A stretch of 64,000 nucleotides of DNA from Octopus vulgaris (taxonomy: Eukaryota). The translations under genes were made by a program, and so were the position numbers. The notes beneath the pieces were generated by a model. That model worked only from the letters and a program-made list of their open reading frames with translations. It did no database searches and had not been told where the DNA came from. The DNA is taken from contig OX597814.1 in the NCBI GenBank assembly GCA_951406725.2, positions 81,592,001 to 81,656,000 on the forward strand, given 5' to 3'. Positions 50,241 to 60,913 of this stretch are shown one piece after another. Every line of letters starts with the position of its first letter. The first letter of the stretch is position 1.

Positions 50241-51379
50241 GAAGACATTTGTTCAAAATGCCACACAATGGGACTAAACTTGAAATCACATGGTTGCAAA
50301 GTGAGCTTCTTAATCACACAGCCATGCCTGCAATTCTTAAATGACACAAGGAAATTTCTAGGGATCCTTTTGCATGAAGGATATATATGTAAGTTAAACA
50401 GCAACACAAATGCGCATGCATACACACACATATGTGTGTATGATGTATTAATAGAGTCATTAGAACACCAGGAAAATTATTCATTAAGCTAAGGCAGTGA
50501 GCTAGCAGAATCGTTAGCACACTAGGAAAAATGTTTAGTGGCATTTCATTCATCTTTACATCCTGAGTTCAAATTCCACCAAGGTTGACTTTGCTTTTAA
50601 TTTTTTCAAGGTCAAAAAAAAAAATAATAAGTACCAGTTGAGCACTGGGGCTGGTGTAATCAACTTAATCTCTCCCACAAAACTACAGGCCTTGTGTCAA
50701 AATTTGAAATCAATATTATTCACTATGCTAAGGTAGTGAGCTGGCAGAATTGTTAGCATGCTAGGAAAAATGCTTAGTGGCATTTCATATTTTTATCTTC
50801 TGAGTTCAACTTGCCTTTTTCCTTTCAGGGTTGATGAAGTAAGTATCAGTTGGACACTGAGATAGATATAATCGACTTACCCCTCTCCTGAAAGTGCTGG
50901 CCTTATGCCAAAATTTGAAACCAATATTATTTTTCAAGTTAACAAATTACTTTGGTGCAAATAGTGAAATCTTGAATACTTATCATTGAGAGTTCAATTT
51001 ACAAAATTACTCCTCCCACAAAAGTGCTGGTCTTGTGCCAAAACTTGAAACTAATGTTATTTATTAATCTGTCTGCATATTGAGTTGAAATCTTACCTGG
51101 GTCAGGTTGCTTTTAATCCTTTCAGAGTCAAACTACCTGATACTTTGGCACCATATGGTTAGATTGGCTGAATTGTTAGGGATTCAGGCAAGATGCCTTA
51201 CTGCATATGTTTCAAGTGTAACAACTAAGGCAAATCAAAAATGGTGCTGGGAAGAGTCATGAAGTAAGTTTCCCCATTTGGAGAGACATCAATAAAATTT
51301 TATACAAATACCTTTCAAAAAGCATAGATTATGATTACAAAGAAATTTGTAGGCAAACATTTTTGCAAGGGTGCCAGGG

Positions 51380-52143
51380 GAGGAGTTTCTGAAGAACAGT
51401 TTTGGATCAGACAGCCCATTTAAGTTGGAATTTCTGTTTTGATGGGGATTTTTCCCACTATTTTTTCACTACAGCTTTCAAAATGATCCAAAAATTTTTG
51501 TAGTTAGGGTTAGGGTTAGGAAAAAAAGCAAAAATGAAGAAGGTTGGGGGGGGGGGGGCGAAATTTCAAAATGCCGATTTTTGGTAATTTTCCGGAATCT
51601 CCATATCCGAAAACGAGGGTTTTGGGGGGAAAAAAAGGAGGGGGGAGTGGAAGGAAGTCTTTCCAATGTGCCTCCCATCATTCTGAAAACTGGAAAAGGT
51701 TCCCGTCAAAATTCCTACGTATGTGGGCCGTCTGATCAGAAGCTCCTCCTCCGCCACCTAACAAAAAAGTGGTCTAATCGTAATCTATGCCGTTTGAAAG
51801 TTATTTGTATAAAATTTCATTGAAAGATACCCATTCTCCGGAAAGTAACGAGGGGGAAAAAGTCGTGTCCTGTGAATTTTCCGAAACCACTCCTACCACC
51901 TCCTCGGATAAATATTTTGCAGCAAATCTCTACATACATTCAATTTACCGATCTAAGCGATATTTGTTAAAAATTTCGTTAAAAAGTATCCATTTATCTG
52001 GAAATTATGAGGCAACAAAGACGGTGAGGTACACATCTGTAGTTATGCCCAATACTCCGCCCCCAATGATGATGCACCTAAGGGTGTTCCATAGATGAGA
52101 TTAAGGGAAAAAAAGTTCGGACTGTCCGTATTTCAAATCTGAG

Positions 52144-52186
<43 letters not shown>

Positions 52187-52187
52187 T
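51380..52187 (-). mobile_element. Young CpG-rich non-autonomous element (Helitron/HINE-like) with a short (TTAGGG)n internal repeat
   Basis: Unusually CpG-rich block with gttagggttagggttagg near 51503-51520, ending at (TA)n-GA (minus-strand TC(TA)n start). Confidence 0.4.
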
Positions 52188-52199
52188 ATATATAAAGGA

Positions 52200-53729
52200 G
52201 CTCCTTTAGAAACGCACCTCTCCAAGAAAATGAAATGCAATTATAAAAAAAAAGTTATGAAAATATATACAAAATAAATTATGTATGCAAAAAATTAGAA
52301 AGATTCATCCATTTTTAAATATTTCATACTAAATATAAAACAAACAGAAAACGGGCACTGGTGAATATAAACAAACATGATGGACGGATACAAGGGTAGG
52401 TAATTTACTTTTACCAGTCAAGTAATTATTAACGATTCTAGGAGCCCGACAATATCCTTTGAAAATCCTTGATTGTTTTTAATCAGATTTTTTTCTTACT
52501 GTGCACACTTGTTAGGGTTAGGTGGTGTGCACTCGCTTTACCTTCACCCATTCTATGATGTTGTGATATACGACAGAAATAATTATAAAACAATAGAGTA
52601 AATATGTCTAAGACGTATGCAAGTTTTGTTATTTTTATTTTCGCTTTCAGTCTACAGAGGAAATGAACATACTAGCACCATAGCCCGGCGTTATCAGGGT
52701 ATATACGAAACTTTGTTGATAAGCATCTATGGATGTCCGAATAGTTCGTTGGTCTGAAGTTTCGGCAGATCGGATCATGGCTTTGTAAGCGGCGTCAGCA
52801 GCTTGGCGGGCTCTCTTCTGTTGAGGTGTTTCGGCAGATCGAGCCATGGCTGTGTTTGCGGCGTTAGCAGCTTGGCGAGCTCTCCTCTGTTGTGGTGTTT
52901 TGGCAGATCGAGCCATGGCTTTGTTTGCGGCGTCAGCAGCTTGGCGAGTTCTCCTCTGCTGTGGGGTTTCGACAGATCGTGTCCTGGCGGTGCTAGCGGC
53001 GTTAGCCGCATTCCGAATGGCCCTTTGTTCGGGGTTCTCGCGAGCTCTGCGGATGGCAGCACAAAGAGAAGCCCGCATGTTTTGGCTGAACCGTTGCTCT
53101 TTCGTCAACCTCGAGCGGAGGGAAGATCTGTACGCTGCGGCCCTTGCAAGTCGGGTAGAACGGTCGCTAGTAGTTTCAGATGCCTGAGCAGCGGCAGAAC
53201 GGGAAGCATTTTTCGAGAGGCGCCAGGCGGTTTCCTCGTGGGTCTCGCGTGCCCTTCTAGCCCTAGCAGCCGATGCCTTGGCCGTCCGAGGGCTGAGGAG
53301 GGTCCTTCTCTTCTTGGGTGGAATTTTGGTGGATAGCAATGTGTTTGGCAAAGGTGTAATAAAAAGGAACACGTGGGGTAAGTATCCCAAAATGTATTAA
53401 AATGTACAAAAACGGGAAAAAAGCGGGTCAGAGTGAGGGTACAACCTGACAGACACACAGACAGACAAACTGTCTTTTATATAGAGAGAGATAACTCACT
53501 ATTTGGCCCCTCGTATCTTTAATAATATGACTGGTAAAAGCAAATTACCTCCCCTTGTATCGCCCAATATGTTTGTTTATATTCGCGAGTGCCCATTTTC
53601 CGTTGTTTTATTTTTTAGTATAAAATATTTAAAAATGGATGAATCATTTATTTTATATATATTTTCCATTTTCATAACTTTTATAAAATGGCATTTCTTT
53701 TTCTTGGAGAGGTGCGTTTCTAAAGAAGC
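52200..53729. mobile_element. Long-TIR (foldback/Mutator-like) non-autonomous element hosting the Helitron
   Basis: About 230-250-bp inverted arms, 52200-52447 and 53505-53729 (CTTTAGAAACGCACCTCTCCAAGAAAA … TTTTCTTGGAGAGGTGCGTTTCTAAAG). Confidence 0.8.
52672..53491 (-). mobile_element. Complete non-autonomous Helitron (820 bp) carrying the STPR-repeat N-terminus of a RepHel protein
   Basis: Minus-strand 5' end A|TCTCTCTCTATATAAAA at 53491. 3' imperfect hairpin CCCTGATAACGCCGGG followed by CTAG|T at 52672, giving an A|T insertion site. Internal ORF with 23-aa ETPQQR..RQAA.AA..AMARSA repeats. Confidence 0.88.
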
Positions 53730-54732
53730 GTCAATTTCCGTGAGCATAAATCCTTAAAAATGTTTTAGCCCGAAGGCCGCGGCCATGCTGGGCACCACCG
53801 CTGACAAAACTTCGATTTAAATTTTCTGAAAAATTCCAAAAAATAAAAGTTATATGGTGTGCGTCAAGACGTGCATAGTTAAAATCTTTTCTTTTTTTTA
53901 AATTCAAATATACTACAATCATTATCATATCGAAATATACTAGTAACTCCATCAGATTAGTCTTATGTAAGCAACCAATCATTGAAATCTTGTGTAACCT
54001 TTTTACAGAGCTATGCTGAATCAAACAAGACTCTTTACACAGTTACATATTTTGAATATACAAAAATTATTATTTGTTTCTTTGAAAAAATTTACGATGT
54101 TCGTGATATTATATATATATAGTTTACTATCTCATTTTGAACTTATGGCTGTAATTCGAAAAAGGACCACCGACACAGATCCGAGCCATAAGATCGAACC
54201 CGGATAAAAGCGGTTGCGCACTTTTCTTAACCACAGACATACATACTTTACAGAGGTAAGCGGAATGCTTAGCGGCATTTCGTCTGTCTTTATGTTCTGA
54301 GTTCAAATTCCGCCGAGGTCGACTTCGCCTTTCATCCATTCGAGGTCGATAAATTAAGTACCAGTTGCGTACTGGGTCGTTCTAATCGACTGGCCCCCTC
54401 CTCCAAAACTTCGGGCTTTGGGTAGAAAAGAATTTGTCACCGTAATATGAAACCTCACCACTCGTTTCCTTTTAATTACAGCAGTAGCGTGCGATGATAT
54501 ACATATTTGGCTGTTATATCTAGCAGGTCGAACGACACGCAAGAGTCTCTCTCGTTCGTACATGTTATTTTATATTTTCAACAAAAACAAGTGGTTAATA
54601 TTAAATTTAAACTTAATATTAACCGAACAAATTATAATGCATATTATCTACTGACGATATTTCTTTTTTTTTTTTTTTTTCTTTAATTTCAAAAATATAC
54701 ACGAATGGAAATAGTGAAAATATATTGCTTAC

Positions 54733-54808
54733 TCCTGATGTATCCAGAGCGCAAAATTTTCGCTGATCGCAAATACAAGCGACAAGCTGAGATATGTTTT
54801 GCAAACAT
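54733..54808 (-). CDS. TK2: TK2 exon 1: mitochondrial targeting presequence MFAKHISACRLYLRSAKILRSGYIR
   Basis: ATG at 54808, 76 nt, donor a|gtaagc (phase 1). Arg/Ser/Leu-rich with no acidic residues; splices in frame to the exon at 47386-47426. Confidence 0.75.
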
Positions 54809-54899
54809 TATTTATGCTTAATATGTTACTGCTTGTGCTAATGTTGTTATTTCTCTCTTAAATACAATGTTGAATAAATAAAATGAAAGAAAATTCCAT

Positions 54900-54965
54900 A
54901 TTCCAGTCGAACAGCTCCACGATATTCAAAATCTAAAATAGTCAACACGTCACTTCCTGTTTGTG
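54900..54965 (-). promoter_or_regulatory. Putative TK2 core promoter with ETS-CRE composite site
   Basis: ACGTCACTTCCTGT at 54947-54960 (reverse complement ACAGGAAGTGACGT), about 140 bp upstream of the TK2 ATG. Confidence 0.5.
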
Positions 54966-55359
54966 CTAATAACAGATGCCGAAAGGTCAAGAGATTTGTT
55001 TTCCCTAGTTTCGAAGATTTCAGGATACAGTATCTTAAGTTTCAGTCAGGTTAAGCTTGCAGTGGAAATGAAAGCTCCTTTATATATATATATATATGAA
55101 GCAAAAATGAAAGTAATTGAAATATGAAAAAAAAAAATAAGACATCCCTGCGTAGTAAGCTTATTTCCCAATCATGTGGTTTCGGGTTCACTCCATCTGC
55201 GTGGTACCTTAGGCAAGTATCTTTTAATACATCCCTGGGCTGATCAAAGTCTTGAGAGTGGATTTGGCTGACGGACACTGAAAGTAGACCGTTGTGTCTA
55301 TCTATTTATCTATCTATCTATCTATCTATTTGCATACATATAAATAAATAAATTAATTA

Positions 55360-55958
55360 AAGATGGAGATGGAAATAGCACAGAAGTAAGCCTAAAACAT
55401 TTCAATTTAAGAGGGAAATTAATATAAATGATTCTAAAAATTGCATAAAGAAAATATTTTCACTTTGACCGGCAGATTTAAAATATAATTTCTTTGGAAC
55501 TAAACGCTTTTAAACTTCGTATACTGGTAGAATATGTTACATAAAACATCTTTTTCTCTTGGCTTTCATGAGAAAATTCTGTAGTTTGTAAGCTATTTGT
55601 TGTTAAATTTCTTGCATTTCGGCAATTTCATCCAATCAATGACGTCTATTGAGGTGAATACAATTACTGCTGTTGTTTGTCAACAGTTTTGATGGATTTC
55701 ATCTTATCAAATAGCAGTAAAAACTTATAAAAATTTGAAAAACAGTTTATCTCCAGTCTGGGAGTCAAGAGAAGACTTCAACAAAAAATCTCCAGACATG
55801 TTCTTGACTCCCAAATTTTTATGGATATTTGATAAGATGAGATTCATTGAAACCGGTAATATTTTATTTATATAATTTTTAAAATCATTTTTATTAAATT
55901 TCTTCTTAAATTGAAATGTCTCAGACTTACTTCTGTGTTATTTTTACCTTCATCTTTT
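55360..55958. repeat. Foldback element (about 100-bp outer arms, inner inverted repeat) interrupted by another repeat
   Basis: ACAGAAGTAAGCCTAAAACATTTCAATTTAAG / CTTAAATTGAAATGTCTCAGACTTACTTCTGT; inner CATCTTATCAAATA…GGGAGTCAAGA / TCTTGACTCCC…TATTTGATAAGATG. Confidence 0.7.
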
Positions 55959-56031
55959 ATATATAAAAATTTGAGTTTTATAGTACTTTAAATTTTTTTT
56001 CAACTATATATATACAGTTGAAAAAAGATTA

Positions 56032-56655
56032 GAGATTGGGACCGATACGATAATAAGGGAATTTTTTAGAAATTTCTGTCGGCTTACTTCGAGACAAATG
56101 CATATAGTGATAAATTATATGGTTATGGACGATTTGTCTATTTTTGGCGTTAGAATTTTTTCTTTTTGCCCTTGTTTATAAGTTGTTTATAAATTTAACC
56201 TTTAAAGGTATTTTTTAATATGCTGGCCATTGATAGAATTTTTTCCGAAAAATTTTATCCTATATTAGATGTAAAATGAATAGTGTTCACTTCCGGACTC
56301 TCTCACTCTATGAGAGCTTTCAGTCCGATCGCATGTGTCTCGAGGTGTGCTGGAGAATTTCTATTTTGGATATATTTAGGATACTTAAGTGTGCTCATAA
56401 CTTAGTGTTTGCTTCTTCCATGGGTATAGGTAAGTATTTTATTTATTTCAGCGTATTTATCGCTGACGAGGAGAAAATTCTTATGAATTAACTCTGAAAT
56501 TGGGACCGATACAATAATAACGGAATTTTTAGAAATTTCTATCGGCTTGCTTTCGAGACGCGTGCTTATAGTGATGAATTATATGGTTATTGACGATTTG
56601 TTTATTTTCGGCATATTTGGCATTGGAATTTTTTCTTTTGCCCTTGTTTATAAGT

Positions 56656-56658
<3 letters not shown>
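56032..56658 (+). repeat. Partial tandem direct repeat with 464-bp period (retrozyme/pLTR-like)
   Basis: 56032-56186 is homologous to 56496-56658 (GA.ATTGGGACCGATAC.ATAATAA…GCCCTTGTTTATAAGTTGT). Confidence 0.85.
56457..56517 (+). ncRNA. Type I hammerhead ribozyme motif
   Basis: Stem I TTATCG - CTGACGA - stem II GGAG…CTCT - GAAA - stem III (A)TTG ggac CGAT - A (cleavage) - stem I' CAATAA (CGATAA in the sister copy). Confidence 0.7.
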
Positions 56659-56696
<38 letters not shown>

Positions 56697-57611
56697 ATAT
56701 ATACACATATATATCATCATCGTTTAACGTCTGCTTTCGGTTGGATGATTTGATTGAGGACTGGCAAACCAGATGGCTGCACCAGGCTCCAATCTGATCT
56801 GCCAGAGTTTCTACAGCTGGATATCCTTCCTAAAGTCAACCACTCCGAGAGTGTAGAGGGTGCTTTTACGTTCCACCAGCACAACGACCAGTCAGGCGGT
56901 ACTAGCAACAGCCATGCTCAAATGGTGTTTTTTTACATGCAAACTGCACAGGAGCCAGTCCAACGACCTCGCTCGAATGGTTTTTCACATGTCACTGGCA
57001 CAAGTGCCAGTAAGGCGACGCTGGTAATGATCACATTCGAATGGTATGGCACAGAAGCTAGTTAGCTGCTCTGGCAACGATCGCGCTTGGATGATGCTCT
57101 TAGCACCACACTAGCACAGATGCCAGACATCGAATTTGATTTCGATTTCATATATATATACCTTTTGTTTCAGTCGTTTGAATGTGGCCATGCTGGGGCA
57201 CCGCCTTGGAGGGTTTTGGTCAGACAAATCGACCCCAGGACTAAATTTTTTAAGCCTAGAACTTATTCTATCATTGCTTTTGCCAAACCGCTATGTTATG
57301 GTGAGGTAAGCATGCCAACACTGGTTGCCAAGTGGTGGTGGGGGACAATCATAAATGCACACGGGTTTGTTTTCCTGCCACTTGATTAAGATGATAAAGA
57401 TTACAAATAAAATAATCATTTCTCTTTTTAAGAAAACACACAAAAAAAATCACGTCAAAAATGCTTACACTTCAAAGAGTTGTCATCTGTCCTTTTTGCT
57501 TTCTTTTTTCTCCCCTTAATCATTTATACAACTTTTGGAGTGCCATGGACTTGAAAGATAAAAATTCTCCCTATATTTTTATGAGATATTTATGAACCAC
57601 AGGTTCTCTTT

Positions 57612-57654
<43 letters not shown>

Positions 57655-59427
57655 ACTTGTTTCAGTCATTTGACTCCTGCCATGCTGGAGCACTGCCTTT
57701 AGTCGAGCAAATTAACCCCAGGACTTATTCTGTGGAACCTAGTACTTATTCTATTGGTCTCTTTTGTCGAACCACTAAGTTACAGGGATGTAAACACACC
57801 ACCATCGGTTGTCAAGTGATGTTGGGGGACAAACACAGACACACAAACAAACACACAGACACACACACACAGACACATATATATAGATATACGACAGGCT
57901 TCTTTCAGTTTCCGTCTACCAAATTCACTCACAAGTCTTTGATCGGCCCGAGGCTATAGTAGAAGACACTTGCCCAAGGTGCCACACAGTGGAAATGAAC
58001 CCAGAACCATGTGGTTGGTAAGCAAGCTACTTACCACACAGCCACTCCTGTGATACTTGATTTTTTTTTTTAAGGGGAAAATTACTATTTTATTTAAAAC
58101 TAGCAATTCACCCTGCTTTACCTGGGTGTTATAACCTACAGCCACACTGTATTATCTGTTCCTTTCTTATGGGCAGAATTGGCACATGAAGAGTATGAAG
58201 CAAACAACTATTCTTTATAAACATGTTTTTTGGTCATTTTCTGATGAACAACACTGAAGTATCCATCTACCAAATTCAGTCACAAGTCTGTGGTTGGCCT
58301 AGGGCTATAATAGAAAGCACTTGCCCAAGGTACCATGCAGAGGGACTGAACAAGTGGTTGGGAAGCAAGCTTCTCAACCACACAGTCATTCTTGCACTTA
58401 ATATCTCTGAGGGTGTGTGTGTGTGTGTGTTTACATTTGTTGTTAAATCAAGTACTGTATCCCACTATGTCTCAAAGTTAGCAGTTCATCAAGCAGAAAT
58501 CTATAAAATAAATGCCAGATTGAAATACGTACTGAGGTCAATATGATCAATAAAATTTTTGAAGGTGAACCCCATCATGGCGACAGTGGAAAGTCTAAAC
58601 CCAGTAAAATAATAATTAAAGACTTAATGGGTTCAAATTTAAGGTAATGGATTACTAACCACAAGGTAATGCATTCAAAACTTCATATTGAACTTCCACT
58701 CTATACGATAACACTATATGTATATCTCAGTCTACTTGACTTTGTAATTTGAAGTTGAATGGTTAGCAGTAAGAAAGATGTCCAGATTTCTTTAAAAATT
58801 ATTGAGTAAAATATTCTGAGAAAAAGTTCTTTTGTCACCATAACAAAACACACACACATACACAGGTGTCTTTGTGGTAACTTGAGTTACTACAAATAGC
58901 AGCCAAATCTCTCTTAAAACACACTCTTTCATCAAAAGGAAAACACAGATTTACAGGATTTCTGGAAAAAAAAAAGTATGTATGGGTCTGCTACATTAGA
59001 GGCAACTCTAGGCTAGACAAAACACAAACAAACATACTTCATATTGAAAGATTATCTACTAAATAATACTAATAGAGTTGATGGTATATCTTTGAAGTTT
59101 CATTCCCTGGTGAAACTCCAGGTATTTTAAACATTTTCTCATTATGCTCTATGTAAGACAAAAATTGTTCTGGCAGAGTTGCCTCCCTTAGCTAAAAGAC
59201 CGTAAAATTATGTGACCCGACCTCATTTTCAAGGTTACTTTTTGTAAAAATGAGTTGTGCAAAAAACGTACTTTATTTGGTAACCAAAAGATTACTGAAT
59301 CTTTTGATACCTTATACATCAAAATCGGCAACTTAGTTTTCGAATCCATAGGGAACACACACACACACTCACACCCCATGCTTGCGTACACACACACACA
59401 AACACACATTATATAAGACAAAATATT

Positions 59428-59910
59428 ACTGTATTTTCTGGTGTATAAGCTGCTATTTTTTACCTGGGAAATTTAGTGTGTGGCTTATAGAAAGATGTGC
59501 CTATTGTGTATTTTTTATAAGTTTCAGGAGGAAAATAATTTGTATATGATGATCAAATGATTCCACTGATTTTTTTCAGAGAAAAGGTTGATCACTGAAC
59601 AACGTGAAAGACTACTGCTACAGTACATTGGTGCCTGGAAGAAAACAAAGCATATTTGTTTTGTTTTACCTTCATGTTTTGATAATGTTATTTTTAATCA
59701 AATAAAGACTTTTGCATTGACGAAATGTGTTTGTTGTTGATTATAGTAAGATAAAATCATAACAATAACGATACATCTCATAGTTATAACATAAGGTATT
59801 TTGAAACTACATACACGTCAACAACAAAAAAGCTAGCTTTTAAATACCAGTGTGCTTTAAACACTGGTGCGCTTTATGTGTGGATAAAACCAAAATTTCC
59901 CCCAATGTGA
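59428..59910. mobile_element. pogo/Tigger-type non-autonomous element remnant
   Basis: TACTGTATTTTCTGGTGTATAAG terminus and GTGCGCTTTA-type subterminal repeats, resembling pogo-class ends. Confidence 0.45.
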
Positions 59911-59934
59911 GGCAATTATTGAAATCTATTAAAA

Positions 59935-60809
59935 ATTCTCCTCTATGGCAGAATTTCATCTAATACAGATTAAGCCAAAACATCAGGACAACAGCAGATC
60001 AAAGGAAATTTGCAGCATGGCTCTTGCATCTTGGCAACGGAACATATGCAGCTCCAGAAGATCCTAATCTTGCAGTTGATGACATATAAGGGTCTCAGAT
60101 TTCATGCGTTGATGGCTCTCTGGTGGATGATATCTTCAGCAATAGATCTGAGGAACAAAGAAAAAGCAGAGTAATTCTTTCACCAAAGAACTCAGACTGC
60201 CTCCTGATCAATGAAGAAGTTTTGAGACAACTTCCAGGTGACTGCCGCACCTATTATAGTACAGATAAAGTTTTGACAGATGATCCTGCTAAGGCTGAGC
60301 GCTATCCTCTTGTATTTCTAAATGTTTTGACACCATCAGTAATACCTCCTCATAAATTGAGTTTAAGACCTGGCTCAATAGTAATGCTTCTTCATAACAT
60401 TTCTACCCAAAATGGACTCTGCTGTGGTACAAGACTGGAAGTGGTAGCCATGCATCAACATTCAATCAAGGCTTCCTTGATTAGCGGCTCACTAATTGGC
60501 AGATGTGTCCTCATCCCCAGAATAAAGCTGGTTCCAAGCGACCCTAACTTGCCATTCACCTTGGAGAGAACCCAGTTTCTTGTCCGTTTGTCATATGCCA
60601 TGACTATTAACAAATCACAGGGGCAGACATTTGAGAAGGTGGGATTGCTCTTACCTCAGCCACTGTTCAGTCATGTGCTGTTGTATGTGGCATACTCTAG
60701 AGCTCGCAAACTCTCAGATGTAAGGGTTAAGGTGGTGGAGACAGACAGACAAGGAAGAAGAGAGTGAACCGTTATTAAGAACATTGTCTGCAGAGAGGTA
60801 CTGACTTGA
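59935..60809 (+). mobile_element. Helitron PIF1-type helicase C-terminal remnant
   Basis: FAAWLLHLGNG, ILSPKN, PPHKLSL, GTRL, IPRI, RTQF.VRLSYAMTINKSQGQT, LYVAYSR, NIVCREVL motifs; contains stops and a frameshift. Confidence 0.92.
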
Positions 60810-60877
60810 AGGAGAGGAGTGTTTTCAGAAATTCTGGAGACCCTTGCAGGCATTAGGTATGTTGTTGGTTTATATGT

Positions 60878-60912
<35 letters not shown>

Positions 60913-60913
60913 G

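Noticed and set aside
51503-51520. Telomeric TTAGGG repeat
   Set aside because: Only about three units inside an interspersed repeat; not a telomere.
52803-53336. Plus-strand 177-aa and 113-aa ORFs
   Set aside because: Antisense shadows of the GC-rich 69-bp STPR repeat.
60123-60767. Host PIF1 helicase gene
   Set aside because: Intronless, lacks the N-terminal Walker motifs, has a premature stop and degenerate motifs; best read as a Helitron remnant.
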